DNA of 64,000 bases from Bacteroidota bacterium (GTDB lineage Bacteria > Bacteroidota > Bacteroidia > Bacteroidales > VadinHA17), in the NCBI GenBank assembly GCA_011050615.1, contig DRFJ01000053.1:16029-80028 (forward strand), given 5' to 3'. The translations under genes and the position numbers were made by a program. The notes below the pieces were generated by a model, which was given only the letters and a program-made list of their open reading frames with translations, was not told the DNA's origin and made no database searches. The stretch's first letter is position 1. The number at the start of each line of letters is the position of its first letter. Below, piece by piece: positions 40,396-50,736 of the stretch.

Positions 40396-41730
40396 ATGAA
40401 AAGCCACAGGAGAGAATTTATTAAAAAGACTGCCCTTGGAACCGCCGGACTCACTATTGGAGGTATGGGACTGAGTGCCGCAAGTTATCGGAGGATTGTT
40501 GGTGCAAACGACACTGTCGTGTTTGCTGCCGTAGGTGTTAACAGCAGGGGACTGGCAAATATACAGGCCGTGCTGGGATGCAGGGGAACTGCAATATCCC
40601 ATATATGTGACGTTGACAGCAGGGCCACAGGGAAGAGTATAGAAGAGGTCAGTAAAATTAATGGGAGTAAACCGGCAGGCATAACAGATATAAGAAAGCT
40701 GCTGGAGAATAAGTCGCTTGATGCAATTACTGTTGCAACGCCCGACCACTGGCATGCTCACATGGCTATAATGGCTGTACAGGCAGGCAAGCATGTATAC
40801 CTTGAAAAACCTTCAAGTCATAATATAGCTGAGAATGAGATACTGGTAAAGGTATACAGGCAAACGGGGAAATTAATACAGATGGGTAATCAGCAGCGAT
40901 CAGCTCCAACGAGTATTGAGGCAATTGAAAGGATAATAAAGGGTGATATAGGAAGACCCTATTTTGGAAAGGCCTGGTATGCCAACAGGAGAGGACCAAT
41001 AGGTGTCGGGAAAATTATCCCGGTGCCGGACTGGCTTGACTGGGATCTCTGGCAGGGACCGGCACCACGGACTGATTACCGTGATAATATAGTCCATTAT
41101 AACTGGCACTGGTTCTGGAGATGGGGCACGGGTGAATTGCTCAATAATGCAACACATGAGGTTGATATATGCCGCTGGGCACTGGGAGTTGACTATCCTG
41201 ATAAAGTGTCGGCCATGGGTGGCAGATTACATTTTAAGGATGATGACTGGGAGTTCTGTGATACTCAGGTAGTAAATTACCAGTATGGTGATGATAAGCT
41301 CATAACATGGGAAGGGAAAAGCTGCAATGGAATGAAAGAGTATAATATGGACAGAGGTGCACTTATACAGGGCACTGAAGGATCTTTCGTTCTTCACAGG
41401 AATGGCTATGAGATGTATGACCTGGCAGGTAAACTTATTGAGAATAAGGAAGAAACAGGAAAAAGTGAAACAACAGGCACAAGGGGATCGGGTAGCCTGG
41501 ATGTGCTTCATATGTATAATTTCCTGGAGGGCATACGAAACGGGACCAGGCTCAATGCACCTGTGGACGATGGTGCTGTAAGTGTTAACCTGTGCCACCT
41601 GGGAAATATATCCCAGAGGTTGGGAAGGATGCTTACGATTGATACCAGTACTGGCAAGATCATAAAAGACAACGAGGCCAAAGCGCTTATGCACCGTGTG
41701 TACGAAGACGGCTGGGAATTGTCAGGATGA
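40396..41730 (+). CDS. TAT-exported Gfo/Idh/MocA family oxidoreductase
   Basis: Twin-arginine leader [25 protein letters not shown] Rossmann motif. LEKP motif. Confidence 0.8.
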   Translation: MKSHRREFIKKTALGTAGLTIGGMGLSAASYRRIVGANDTVVFAAVGVNSRGLANIQAVLGCRGTAISHICDVDSRATGKSIEEVSKINGSKPAGITDIRKLLENKSLDAITVATPDHWHAHMAIMAVQAGKHVYLEKPSSHNIAENEILVKVYRQTGKLIQMGNQQRSAPTSIEAIERIIKGDIGRPYFGKAWYANRRGPIGVGKIIPVPDWLDWDLWQGPAPRTDYRDNIVHYNWHWFWRWGTGELLNNATHEVDICRWALGVDYPDKVSAMGGRLHFKDDDWEFCDTQVVNYQYGDDKLITWEGKSCNGMKEYNMDRGALIQGTEGSFVLHRNGYEMYDLAGKLIENKEETGKSETTGTRGSGSLDVLHMYNFLEGIRNGTRLNAPVDDGAVSVNLCHLGNISQRLGRMLTIDTSTGKIIKDNEAKALMHRVYEDGWELSG

Positions 41731-43647
41731 CAGGGGAGGATGTATTGCGTTTATAATATTTAAAATTTCATTCCCCGTGCTCTTATGGCTCAGTATGTAA
41801 TCAGGCTTTCCAGGAGCCTCATAATCAATATCCACACCAGGTATATTTGATATTCTTCCTTTTTCAGCCCCTTCATACAGTTCCGGCTTGTTGGTTCTGC
41901 AGTATCCAATTTCTTCATCCATATAAACCAGGATGAAGCGATCAGGGCCTATTATTTCCCTTACCTGCTTCCTTATATTTTCATTGGGGGAGATAAAGGA
42001 ACATATTGCAATAATACCCTGGTCATTCAGAATGCGGGCTATATGTGCAACCCGTCGCAGATGCTCTGCCCGGTCGGTTGGTGAGTAATCAAGCTCCCTT
42101 GACAGCCCGCTTCTGACAGTACTTCCATCAAGTAACACAACTGAAGCCCCAATATCAAAGAGCTGTTTCTCCAGAGTGTAGGCAAGATCGTTTTTACCTG
42201 ATCCGTGAAGGCCTGTTATCCATATAGTTCCTCCTGTATGGCCATTGCGGCTGATACGTTGCTCCATACTTACCAGGCTTTTACCACTGCGAATTTTTTC
42301 CCGGTCAATATCGGTTATCCTTGATGGTAATTTGTCACTTGCTCTTTTGTCGATTATCATGCCTACTGCACAGGTATTGTGACTTACAGGATCAATCAGG
42401 ATAAAAGAGCCAGTGTTCCTGTTTTTGCTGTATGGATCAAAAAACATCGGTTTATTGGCAGTTATTACAACACGGCCAATATCGTTCAGCATGAATTTAT
42501 CCTTTTTATACCTCCTGAGTGTATTCACGTCAATCTTATACTGTACCTCGTCTATGCGGGCACGTGAAGTATTTGTATTGTGTTTAATGTAAAATGTCTT
42601 GGAAATATCCATTCTTACCTCATCCATCCATACAAGCATCGACTCAAAATGCCTGTCAATTTTTGGCACATTATCAGTATGTATTATCATCTCACCTCTT
42701 GAGACATCAATTTCGTCTGCCAGCGTCACTGTTACAGATTGAGGAGGAAAGGCTTCCTTGCTTTTGCCCTCGCATGTCATTATGGATTTCACTGTGGATT
42801 TCATCATTGAGGGTAAGACCATCACTTCATCACCGGTCTTTATTACTCCCGAAGCCACCCTGCCGGTAAAACCCCTGAAATCCTTGTCGGGTCTGAGAAC
42901 GTATTGTACGGGGAAGCGGAGATCATCAAAATTATGGTCGCTGCCTATATGTACGGTTTCAAGATATTCCATCATGCTTTTGCCGTGATACCATTTCATC
43001 CTGTCAGAAACATTCACCACGTTATCACCCTTCAGCGCTGAGATGGGTATGCATTCAACATCGGGCACATTAAGCTGTGTAATGAAGCGTTTATAGTCCT
43101 TACTTATTTTTTCAAACGCCTTTTCATCATAATTTACCAGGTCCATCTTGTTTACCGCCAGCACAACATGTTTTATGCCCAGCAGTGATACTATGAAAGT
43201 ATGCCTTTTTGTCTGGGTGATAACTCCCTTGGTGGCGTCGGTAAGGATAATTGCCAGGTTTGCCGTGGAAGCACCGGTAACCATATTCCTGGTATACTGT
43301 TCGTGACCAGGGGTGTCGGCAATAATAAATTTTCTTTTATTGGTAGAGAAATACCTGTATGCCACATCTATGGTTATACCCTGTTCACGCTCAGCCTTGA
43401 GTCCGTCCAGAAGCAGTGCATAGTCTATATCATCTCCTGCATGCCCGACTCTTTTGCTGTCTTTTATCAGTGCTGAAAGGTGGTCCTCGTACAGTTTTTT
43501 ACTGTCAAACATGAGGCGTCCGATAAGGGTTGATTTACCGTCATCCACTGATCCTGCCGTAAGGAACCGCAGCATGTCCTTCTTCTCATCCTGGTCAAGA
43601 AAATCCCTTATATCAATTTGTTCTTTATTCATTATACTATAAATCAA
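41722..43647 (-). CDS. cysNC: bifunctional sulfate adenylyltransferase subunit 1 / adenylylsulfate kinase (CysN-CysC fusion)
   Basis: 641 aa. N-terminal GTPase with [19 protein letters not shown] and NKMD. The C-terminal ~180 aa is APS kinase with P-loop GLHGSGKN. The true start may be MNKEQ at 43632. Confidence 0.85.
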   Translation of the reverse strand: MIYSIMNKEQIDIRDFLDQDEKKDMLRFLTAGSVDDGKSTLIGRLMFDSKKLYEDHLSALIKDSKRVGHAGDDIDYALLLDGLKAEREQGITIDVAYRYFSTNKRKFIIADTPGHEQYTRNMVTGASTANLAIILTDATKGVITQTKRHTFIVSLLGIKHVVLAVNKMDLVNYDEKAFEKISKDYKRFITQLNVPDVECIPISALKGDNVVNVSDRMKWYHGKSMMEYLETVHIGSDHNFDDLRFPVQYVLRPDKDFRGFTGRVASGVIKTGDEVMVLPSMMKSTVKSIMTCEGKSKEAFPPQSVTVTLADEIDVSRGEMIIHTDNVPKIDRHFESMLVWMDEVRMDISKTFYIKHNTNTSRARIDEVQYKIDVNTLRRYKKDKFMLNDIGRVVITANKPMFFDPYSKNRNTGSFILIDPVSHNTCAVGMIIDKRASDKLPSRITDIDREKIRSGKSLVSMEQRISRNGHTGGTIWITGLHGSGKNDLAYTLEKQLFDIGASVVLLDGSTVRSGLSRELDYSPTDRAEHLRRVAHIARILNDQGIIAICSFISPNENIRKQVREIIGPDRFILVYMDEEIGYCRTNKPELYEGAEKGRISNIPGVDIDYEAPGKPDYILSHKSTGNEILNIINAIHPPLSS

Positions 43648-43723
43648 TTAATCAACACTTTCTCTATTTATACCGGCCGGGGTTTCAGTTTTCAGATACT
43701 TGTCCCCGGAAGGTGCCTGGCTG

Positions 43724-44650
43724 TTAAAAATATCCCTCTCTCTTTTTTTGTTCCATGCTGGCATCCTGGTCGAAATCGATAACTCTCGTTGTCCGTTCCG
43801 ATTTGGTTATAGTCATCATTTCTTCCACTATTTTTTCTATCGTGTCAGCATCTGATTCCACTGCCCCTGTCAGGGGATAACACCCCAGTGTACGGAACCG
43901 TACTTTTCTCATTGCAGCCCTGGCTGCCAGCTCGGGAGGCATCCGGTCATCATCAACAAGGATAAGATTGCCGTCAATATCAACTATTGGCCTTTCCTTT
44001 GCAAAATAGAGCGGCACAATGGGAATATTTTCAAGGCGTATATACTGCCACACATCCAGTTCGGTCCAGTTACTCAGTGGGAATACCCTTATTGATTCCC
44101 CTTTATGTACGCGGGTGTTATATATATCCCACAGTTCGGGTCGCTGGTTTTTTGGATCCCACTGGTGAAACCTGTCCCTGAAGGAGAATATTCTCTCCTT
44201 GGCCCTTGATTTTTCCTCATCCCTTCGCGCTCCACCAAATGCGGCATCAAATTTATATTTATTCAGTCCGCTCAGCAGGGCCTCTGTTTTCATTACATCC
44301 GTATGAACCTTGCTGCCATGGGTGAATGGTCCTATTCCCTGCCTGTATCCATCTTCATTATAATGAATAATAAGGTCCCAGTTATTCTTCTTCGCATAGG
44401 AATCCCTGAAGCTTATCATCTCCCTGAATTTCCATTTTGAATCAATATGCATCAGGGGGAAGGGTACCTTGCCAGGGTGGAAGGCTTTTTCAGCCAGCCT
44501 GACCATCACTGAGGAATCTTTGCCAATTGAATACAGCATTACCGGGTTTTCAAACTCAGATGCCACTTCACGAATTATATGTATTGACTCTGCCTCCAGT
44601 TCACGGAGATGAGTCAATGTATAACTGTTTTTTTCTTTATTCTTGGTCAT
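43724..44650 (-). CDS. cysD: sulfate adenylyltransferase subunit 2
   Basis: 308 aa. [16 protein letters not shown], the PP-loop region SIGKDSSV, and a conserved C-terminus. Confidence 0.9.
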   Translation of the reverse strand: MTKNKEKNSYTLTHLRELEAESIHIIREVASEFENPVMLYSIGKDSSVMVRLAEKAFHPGKVPFPLMHIDSKWKFREMISFRDSYAKKNNWDLIIHYNEDGYRQGIGPFTHGSKVHTDVMKTEALLSGLNKYKFDAAFGGARRDEEKSRAKERIFSFRDRFHQWDPKNQRPELWDIYNTRVHKGESIRVFPLSNWTELDVWQYIRLENIPIVPLYFAKERPIVDIDGNLILVDDDRMPPELAARAAMRKVRFRTLGCYPLTGAVESDADTIEKIVEEMMTITKSERTTRVIDFDQDASMEQKKREGYF

Positions 44651-44704
44651 TAAATATCAAATTCGGTTTTTATCAATTTCTCAAATCCGGTTTGCAAAGA
44701 TAAC

Positions 44705-45490
44705 TTATTCAGCAATAAAGTCAGGATTAAGCAGGTTTTCTTTATTATACTTCAATTCTTCTCCATTATCAATTCTTCTCATTGATTTACCCGCATACCT
44801 AAGAATGGCATGCCCTGCTGCAGTATCCCATTCCATTGTGGGGCCAAAGCGAGGATAATAAGTGGCAGCACCTTCAGCCACCAGGCATATTTTTAATGAA
44901 CTACCCCTTGAAACAAGGAGGGTCTTACCTGTTGTCGCCGATCTTGCCCTGATATAATTTTCAGTTGCTTCATTCATGTGAGACCTGCTAACGGCGACCC
45001 TGTTTATCGGGGATACCTTTGCGGGGGGGAGTTTCTCAGCCCTGTCAATAATTGCTTTAATATCATTACCGCTTTCTTTAACCATGGTTTTAAACGAGCC
45101 TTTGTCTGAGCTCCCAAAATACACTTCTCCCGTAACAGGCGCATAAATAACTCCCAGAACGGGCATACTTTCATTTATCAGTGCAATATTCACGGTGAAC
45201 TCACCATTTCTTTTCAAGAATTCTTTTGTGCCATCCAGGGGGTCGACAAGCCAAAACTCATCCCAGCTTTTTCTTTCCCTGTAAGGGATAGTTATATTTT
45301 CCTCGCTGAGCACCGGTATGCTGGTTTTGGAAAGGTAGCCGTTGATAATATTATTTGATTCCAGGTCTGCATTTGTAACGGGCGACCTGTCTTCTTTCAG
45401 TTGTGTTTCGATATTCCCGCCATCGTATAATTCCTTAATTGCCCTTCCTGCTTCTATTGCGGCCTTTATTGTTTTTTCTAATAAATCCAT
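44705..45490 (-). CDS. cysQ: 3'(2'),5'-bisphosphate nucleotidase
   Basis: 261 aa. Inositol-monophosphatase fold motifs LSEE and WLVDPLDGT. Confidence 0.8.
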   Translation of the reverse strand: MDLLEKTIKAAIEAGRAIKELYDGGNIETQLKEDRSPVTNADLESNNIINGYLSKTSIPVLSEENITIPYRERKSWDEFWLVDPLDGTKEFLKRNGEFTVNIALINESMPVLGVIYAPVTGEVYFGSSDKGSFKTMVKESGNDIKAIIDRAEKLPPAKVSPINRVAVSRSHMNEATENYIRARSATTGKTLLVSRGSSLKICLVAEGAATYYPRFGPTMEWDTAAGHAILRYAGKSMRRIDNGEELKYNKENLLNPDFIAE

Positions 45491-45596
45491 TATCGGGGTC
45501 TGTATTCCTTGTCTAGATTAAACTGGCAGTGATGCTATATGTATTTTAGCAGGTGTGCATCCTGATAATTTTGGACTAATTACTCATGGGGTATAA

Positions 45597-46658
45597 TTAG
45601 CTGATATTATTATATTCTTTATACCATTTAATAAACCTCCTGATTCCTTCCTTAACAGGTGTGGCAGGTTTATATTTTATTGTTTCGATAAGGGAGCTTA
45701 CATCCGCCCAGGTGGCAGGAACGTCACCCGGTTGCATGGGAAGAAATTCTTTATTTGCTTCCACCCCCAGTTCTTTTTCAATGGCATGCACAAAATCCAT
45801 TAATTGTACAGGTGAATTATTACCTATATTATATACCCTGTAATTTGCAGGTGACGAAGATGGCTGTGGGTTTTTACCTGACCAGTCAGGATTTCCTGCC
45901 GGTATGGTATGGATAATTCGTGAAAGGGAATTAACTATATCGCTTACATAGGTAAAATCCCTTTTCATGTTACCCTTATTATTTATCTGTATTTTTCTTC
46001 CCTCGCTTATTGCTTTCGTAAAAATATAGAGTGCCATATCAGGTCTTCCCCATGGTCCGTAAACGGTAAAGAATCTCAGTCCGGTGGTGGGTAATTCAAA
46101 CAGGTGGCTGTAGGTATGTGCCATCAGTTCATTGGATTTTTTGGATGCAGCATACAGGCTGATTGGATGGTCAACATTATCATCAGTAGAAAAGGGCATC
46201 TTTTCATTCAGTCCGTATACACTTGAACTGCTCGCATATACCAGGTGCTTGATCTTATTATGCCTGCATGCTTCAAGTATATTGGCAAAGCCAACAATAT
46301 TACTGTTAATGTAAGCCATCGGGTTTTCGATGCTATACCTCACACCTGCCTGGGCAGCCAGGTTTACCACGTAATCAAATCCTGATTCAAGGAATAATCT
46401 GTCAAGAGCCCCCCTGTCTTCAAGATCAAGTTTGATAAAGCTGTAAGCCGGGTATTTATGGCTGGGGGTGAGCCTCCCATATTTTGTTTCTTCCCTTTGT
46501 ATTCCCGTTTCGGCCAGCCGGTCATATTTTAGGTTGAGGTCATAGTAGTCATTAATATTATCCAGGCCTGTAACTGTATGGCCCTCAGCGGCCAGTTTAT
46601 TCACAAGATGAAATCCTATGAAGCCTGCTGCTCCGGTAACAAGTATCTTATTCATCAT
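45597..46658 (-). CDS. NAD-dependent epimerase, UDP-glucuronate 4-epimerase (CapI/LpsL-like)
   Basis: 353 aa. VTGAAGFIG, catalytic YAASK, and extended-SDR layout. The stop abuts the start of ugd's downstream partner arrangement (46658/46659). Confidence 0.7.
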   Translation of the reverse strand: MMNKILVTGAAGFIGFHLVNKLAAEGHTVTGLDNINDYYDLNLKYDRLAETGIQREETKYGRLTPSHKYPAYSFIKLDLEDRGALDRLFLESGFDYVVNLAAQAGVRYSIENPMAYINSNIVGFANILEACRHNKIKHLVYASSSSVYGLNEKMPFSTDDNVDHPISLYAASKKSNELMAHTYSHLFELPTTGLRFFTVYGPWGRPDMALYIFTKAISEGRKIQINNKGNMKRDFTYVSDIVNSLSRIIHTIPAGNPDWSGKNPQPSSSPANYRVYNIGNNSPVQLMDFVHAIEKELGVEANKEFLPMQPGDVPATWADVSSLIETIKYKPATPVKEGIRRFIKWYKEYNNIS

Positions 46659-47972
46659 TTATCTTCCTATTCCATAATAAACAAATCCTGCCTGTTCCAG
46701 CACTTCTCTCTCATAAATATTCCTGCCGTCGAATACAAGCCTGTTCTTCATTATTTTATGAATAACAGTCCAGTTCGGATTCCTGAATTCATTCCATTCA
46801 GTTACCAGTACAAGGGCATCGGCATCCACCAGTGCCCCATATGAATCTTCAGAGTAGCTGATACTGTCATCCAGCCTTCTCCTAGCTTCATCCATGGCTA
46901 CGGGGTCATAAGCGCTTATTTCGGCTCCATGCTCAAGGAAGAGGTTTATGAGTGTTAATGAAGGTGCTTCTCTCATATCATCGGTATTGGGTTTAAATGA
47001 CAGCCCCCAGAGTCCGATTTTCTTGCCTTTAATATTTTCACCAAAATGCCTGTAGACCTTATAAAAGATTGATTCTTTCTGACTTTCATTGACCTCATCC
47101 ACGGCTTTCATTACTCTTAATTCATAGCCATGATCAGCGGCGGTTTTGATAATGGCCTTAACGTCTTTCGGGAAGCAAGAGCCTCCGTAGCCCAGACCTG
47201 CATAAATAAATTTATTTCCTATACGTGAATCTGACCCAATGCCTCTTCTGACCATATTGATATCGGCTCCTACCTTTTCACACAGGTTGGCCATATCGTT
47301 GATGAAACTGATCTTTGTGGCAAGCATGGCATTGGCTGCATATTTGGTCATTTCAGCAGAAGGTATGTCCATATATATCACCGGGTGCCCGTTCAGAACA
47401 AAGGGTTTATACATTTTTTCAATAAGCCTGAATGCCCTTTCTGAATCAGTCCCTACAATTATCCTTTCAGGTTTCATACAATCATTAACTGCATCACCTT
47501 CCTTGAGAAATTCCGGATTGGAGGCAACATCGAAATCAATTATAACATCCCTTTTCGCTAATTCCCCTGCAATTTTCTTTCTCACTTTTTCCGCTGTTCC
47601 AATTGGTACCGTGCTCTTTATTATAACCAGGATATAATCTGTGATGTACCTGCCGATATCTTCTGCCACAGCCATAACATATTTAAGGTCGGCGCTTCCA
47701 TCTTCATCAGGCGGTGTGCCTACGGCAATTAATACTGCCTGTGAATCCCTGAGAGCTCCTCTTATGTCAGTTGAGAATTCCAGTCTTCCTGCATCAATGT
47801 TTCTTTTAACCATTGGTGCAAGTCCTGGTTCGTAAATCGGGATTATGCCCTGGTTTAGCTTATCAATTTTATCCCTGTCTTTATCAATACATTGAACACT
47901 TATCCCTGTTTCAGCCAAACAGGTCCCTGATACCAGTCCGACATAGCCGGTTCCTATAATGGTTATTTTCAT
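46659..47972 (-). CDS. ugd: UDP-glucose 6-dehydrogenase
   Basis: 437 aa. MKITIIGTGYVGLVSG and the catalytic Cys region GYGGSCFPKD. Confidence 0.9.
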   Translation of the reverse strand: MKITIIGTGYVGLVSGTCLAETGISVQCIDKDRDKIDKLNQGIIPIYEPGLAPMVKRNIDAGRLEFSTDIRGALRDSQAVLIAVGTPPDEDGSADLKYVMAVAEDIGRYITDYILVIIKSTVPIGTAEKVRKKIAGELAKRDVIIDFDVASNPEFLKEGDAVNDCMKPERIIVGTDSERAFRLIEKMYKPFVLNGHPVIYMDIPSAEMTKYAANAMLATKISFINDMANLCEKVGADINMVRRGIGSDSRIGNKFIYAGLGYGGSCFPKDVKAIIKTAADHGYELRVMKAVDEVNESQKESIFYKVYRHFGENIKGKKIGLWGLSFKPNTDDMREAPSLTLINLFLEHGAEISAYDPVAMDEARRRLDDSISYSEDSYGALVDADALVLVTEWNEFRNPNWTVIHKIMKNRLVFDGRNIYEREVLEQAGFVYYGIGR

Positions 47973-48055
47973 TCCTGGTTCTAATTATATTTATATCTGT
48001 CTGAATGACAGGCTAATTTTTTAGCTGAGCAAAGCTACTAAAATTAGGTTTATTC

Positions 48056-48850
48056 TCAAATAAGCAATTCAGCTTTAAAAACAGTAACTGCCTCCCCTGT
48101 TATTTCAACCCGTTTGTCCATGAGTTTGACCTTCAAAATACCTGATCTTCTGGAGGCCTGGAAAGACCTGAACTCCTTCTTGCCTGTTTTCATATTCCAG
48201 AAGGGAACAAGGGCACAGTGTGCTGATCCTGTCACCGGATCTTCAGCGATACCCATATTCGGGACAAAGCACCTGACCACAAAGTCAAATTCATGTCTTG
48301 ACGATACTGCTGTCACTATTAGTTCACCCAGCCCTGCATTAAGTAGTGTATCAGGATTCGGGCTCGCCTCAATAACTTCATCTTCCGAACGCATAAGAAC
48401 CAGCTTCCAGTTATAGTCGCTCTGGTACAATTCAAGCGCGTCAAGGCCTGTGCTTTGTCTGAATGAAGAGGGTATGTCGATTTTCCTGAGGCTGTATACA
48501 GGGAAATTCATAACTATACTCTTTCCTCTTTTTATTATGCTCAGTTCACCGGCTTTTGAATGAAATTTAATGGCATCACCCGCGCTTACAATGCCTGTTT
48601 CATAAAGTATATGAGATGCTGATAGAGTGGCATGCCCGCAAAGATCCACCTCGCTTACCGGGGTAAAATAACGTATCTCAAATTCATTTCCACGTGGCAT
48701 AACAAAAGCGGTTTCAGATAAATTCATTTCCATTGCAATGTTCTGCATCCTTTCAGGCGATGGCAAATTATCGGTAATATATACACCGGCAGGATTTCCT
48801 TTGAAAGCTTCAGATGTGAAAGCATCAACCTGATAAATAATATTTTTCAT
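48056..48850 (-). CDS. PhzF-family isomerase/epimerase-fold protein
   Basis: 264 aa. N-terminal QVDAFTSEAFKGNPAGV and DLCGHATL are typical of the PhzF family. Confidence 0.75.
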   Translation of the reverse strand: MKNIIYQVDAFTSEAFKGNPAGVYITDNLPSPERMQNIAMEMNLSETAFVMPRGNEFEIRYFTPVSEVDLCGHATLSASHILYETGIVSAGDAIKFHSKAGELSIIKRGKSIVMNFPVYSLRKIDIPSSFRQSTGLDALELYQSDYNWKLVLMRSEDEVIEASPNPDTLLNAGLGELIVTAVSSRHEFDFVVRCFVPNMGIAEDPVTGSAHCALVPFWNMKTGKKEFRSFQASRRSGILKVKLMDKRVEITGEAVTVFKAELLI

Positions 48851-49162
48851 TCGTTTAAAATTTTATAATTAACTGAATATAATTTAATTAAAAATTTGAG
48901 AACGAATGCAAGCGCTTACTCACAGTAAAACTGTTCGTGAGCTCGCTGTGCCCGGTTCGCTCCCGCATGAAAAATTTAATCATCTTCTATTGTAAAGTAA
49001 GAAATTAAATTTATTCATGCTCGTTTCATTTTTATTATTAGGTTTTTATAATGTGTATACAATATACTAAATCCTTCAAGCCTGAAAAAAGGTTTCTATC
49101 AGGGATTATAGTATCATATATAATCGTATTTTGCATATATAAATCATGAAATAAACCTGATT

Positions 49163-50206
49163 ATGACCACAGACAACAAGGAGAGATATCTTATCCCCGC
49201 TGATAAGAGGATGGTAATAAAAACCGTTGACATGCACACATGTGGTGAGCCACTGAGAATAATTACCGGAGGTTTACCCGATTTAAAGGGTAATACAATC
49301 CTGGAGAAAAGAAAGTATTTTGCTGCTAATTATGATAATATACGCACTGCATTAATGTTTGAGCCAAGGGGGCATGCCGACATGTACGGCGCCGTGTTGA
49401 CAGGACCATCCTCTGACGGAGCTGATTTTGGCGCCTTTTTTCTGCACAATGAAGGTTACAGTACCATGTGCGGGCATGCAATAATAGCCATTACAAGATT
49501 TGCCCTTGAGTCGGGTTTTGTAAAAAAAGAGGGGAAGAATCCTGTCCTGGAAATTGATGTCCCTGCCGGGAGGGTAAGTTCAAGAGCATATTTAAGGGAC
49601 GGAAAAGTGGAGAAGGTTTCGTTTCTGAATGTGCCTTCATTTCTTGTTATACAGGATGAAACACTGGAGGTGCGGGGACTGGGGCGTATTACTTTTGATG
49701 TTGCCTTCGGAGGCGCTTTTTATGCTTTTTGCGATGCCGGTGACCTTGGCCTTAATCTTGATGCCGGCGATTACAATAAATTAATCGATTACGGTAAAAA
49801 GATAAAATCGGCTGTAATGGAGAATTTCAGGACAGACCATCCTTTTGAACCTGAGCTTAGTTACCTTTACGGTACAATTTTTACCGGCAAAGCATACGAC
49901 CTTGATAACTGGAGCCGAAACGTATGTGTCTTTGCCGAGGGTGAAGTGGACCGTTCTCCTACGGGTACGGGGATAAGTGCAAGGGCCGGTCTTCATTTTG
50001 CCAAAGGAGAACTGTCAATTAACGAGCGTGTTACTATAGAAAGCATACTCGGGACTACCATGGATGTTGAGATAAAGGAAGTACTGGAGTATGGTTCTTA
50101 CAGGGCAGTGATTCCTGAAGTTACCGGTAAGGCATATTACACCGGTAGTCATGAATTCTGGATCGACAGCGATGACCCCCTGAAAGGAGGATTTATATTC
50201 AGGTAG
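49163..50206 (+). CDS. proline racemase superfamily protein, Cys/Thr type (predicted trans-3-hydroxy-L-proline dehydratase)
   Basis: 347 aa. The first catalytic position is Cys (STMCGHA). The second is Thr (VDRSPTGTGISAR), not the Cys of racemases and epimerases. Confidence 0.7.
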   Translation: MTTDNKERYLIPADKRMVIKTVDMHTCGEPLRIITGGLPDLKGNTILEKRKYFAANYDNIRTALMFEPRGHADMYGAVLTGPSSDGADFGAFFLHNEGYSTMCGHAIIAITRFALESGFVKKEGKNPVLEIDVPAGRVSSRAYLRDGKVEKVSFLNVPSFLVIQDETLEVRGLGRITFDVAFGGAFYAFCDAGDLGLNLDAGDYNKLIDYGKKIKSAVMENFRTDHPFEPELSYLYGTIFTGKAYDLDNWSRNVCVFAEGEVDRSPTGTGISARAGLHFAKGELSINERVTIESILGTTMDVEIKEVLEYGSYRAVIPEVTGKAYYTGSHEFWIDSDDPLKGGFIFR

Positions 50207-50313
50207 TAATGTAATTCTGACCCGGGTACAGAGTCGTATGAAGGCTGGAATAAAAGTCGGATCATGCTTGTCTAATCAGTAAGTGTTATTAATAAATATA
50301 AAATTTTAAACGA

Positions 50314-50703
50314 ATGAAAAAGATAATAAAAGGTATGGGAGTGCTCATTCTCTCTATGATTATGACATCTGCTTTTGGTCAGCAGAGAGGGCAGGGGATG
50401 CGCCAGGCGGACCCGGATGAGATGGCAAAGCGTCAGCTTGAACAGATGAAGGAGATCATCGAACTGAAAAATAACAAGGAAGAAAAAGCCGTAAAGGAAG
50501 TGTTTGTCAAGTATGCAAAAGAGCGGCAGAAAATGTTCAGCGAAATGGAAAGGGGAGGTGAACCCGGTGCCAACAGGGATAAAATGAATGAATTGATCAC
50601 CAGGCAGAATGAGGAATTAAAAGGTATTCTCGGAGAAGAACGCTTTAAAACCTACAATACCAGGATGCAGGAATTAAGGCGTAACAGAATGCGAAGAAAC
50701 TAG
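50314..50703 (+). CDS. small secreted helical protein (Spy/CpxP- or DUF4890-like)
   Basis: 129 aa. Signal peptide followed by a charged helical sequence rich in E/K/R/Q. Confidence 0.4.
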   Translation: MKKIIKGMGVLILSMIMTSAFGQQRGQGMRQADPDEMAKRQLEQMKEIIELKNNKEEKAVKEVFVKYAKERQKMFSEMERGGEPGANRDKMNELITRQNEELKGILGEERFKTYNTRMQELRRNRMRRN

Positions 50704-50736
50704 CAGATTCCACGCTAAATTTGCCAGCCGGGTATA

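Noticed and set aside
39832-40794. 320-aa ORF on the minus strand spanning the DUF1080 lipoprotein / Gfo oxidoreductase junction
   Set aside because: It is entirely antisense to two well-supported plus-strand genes with clear domain signatures. Its translation is low-complexity and Cys/Ser/Pro-rich with no motif. It is a typical shadow ORF.
43648-43723. CCGGGG...CCCCGG hairpin between cysD and cysNC
   Set aside because: It has a 6-bp stem with a ~21-nt loop inside an operon spacer. It could be an RNA processing or attenuation element, but nothing in the sequence alone distinguishes it from chance.
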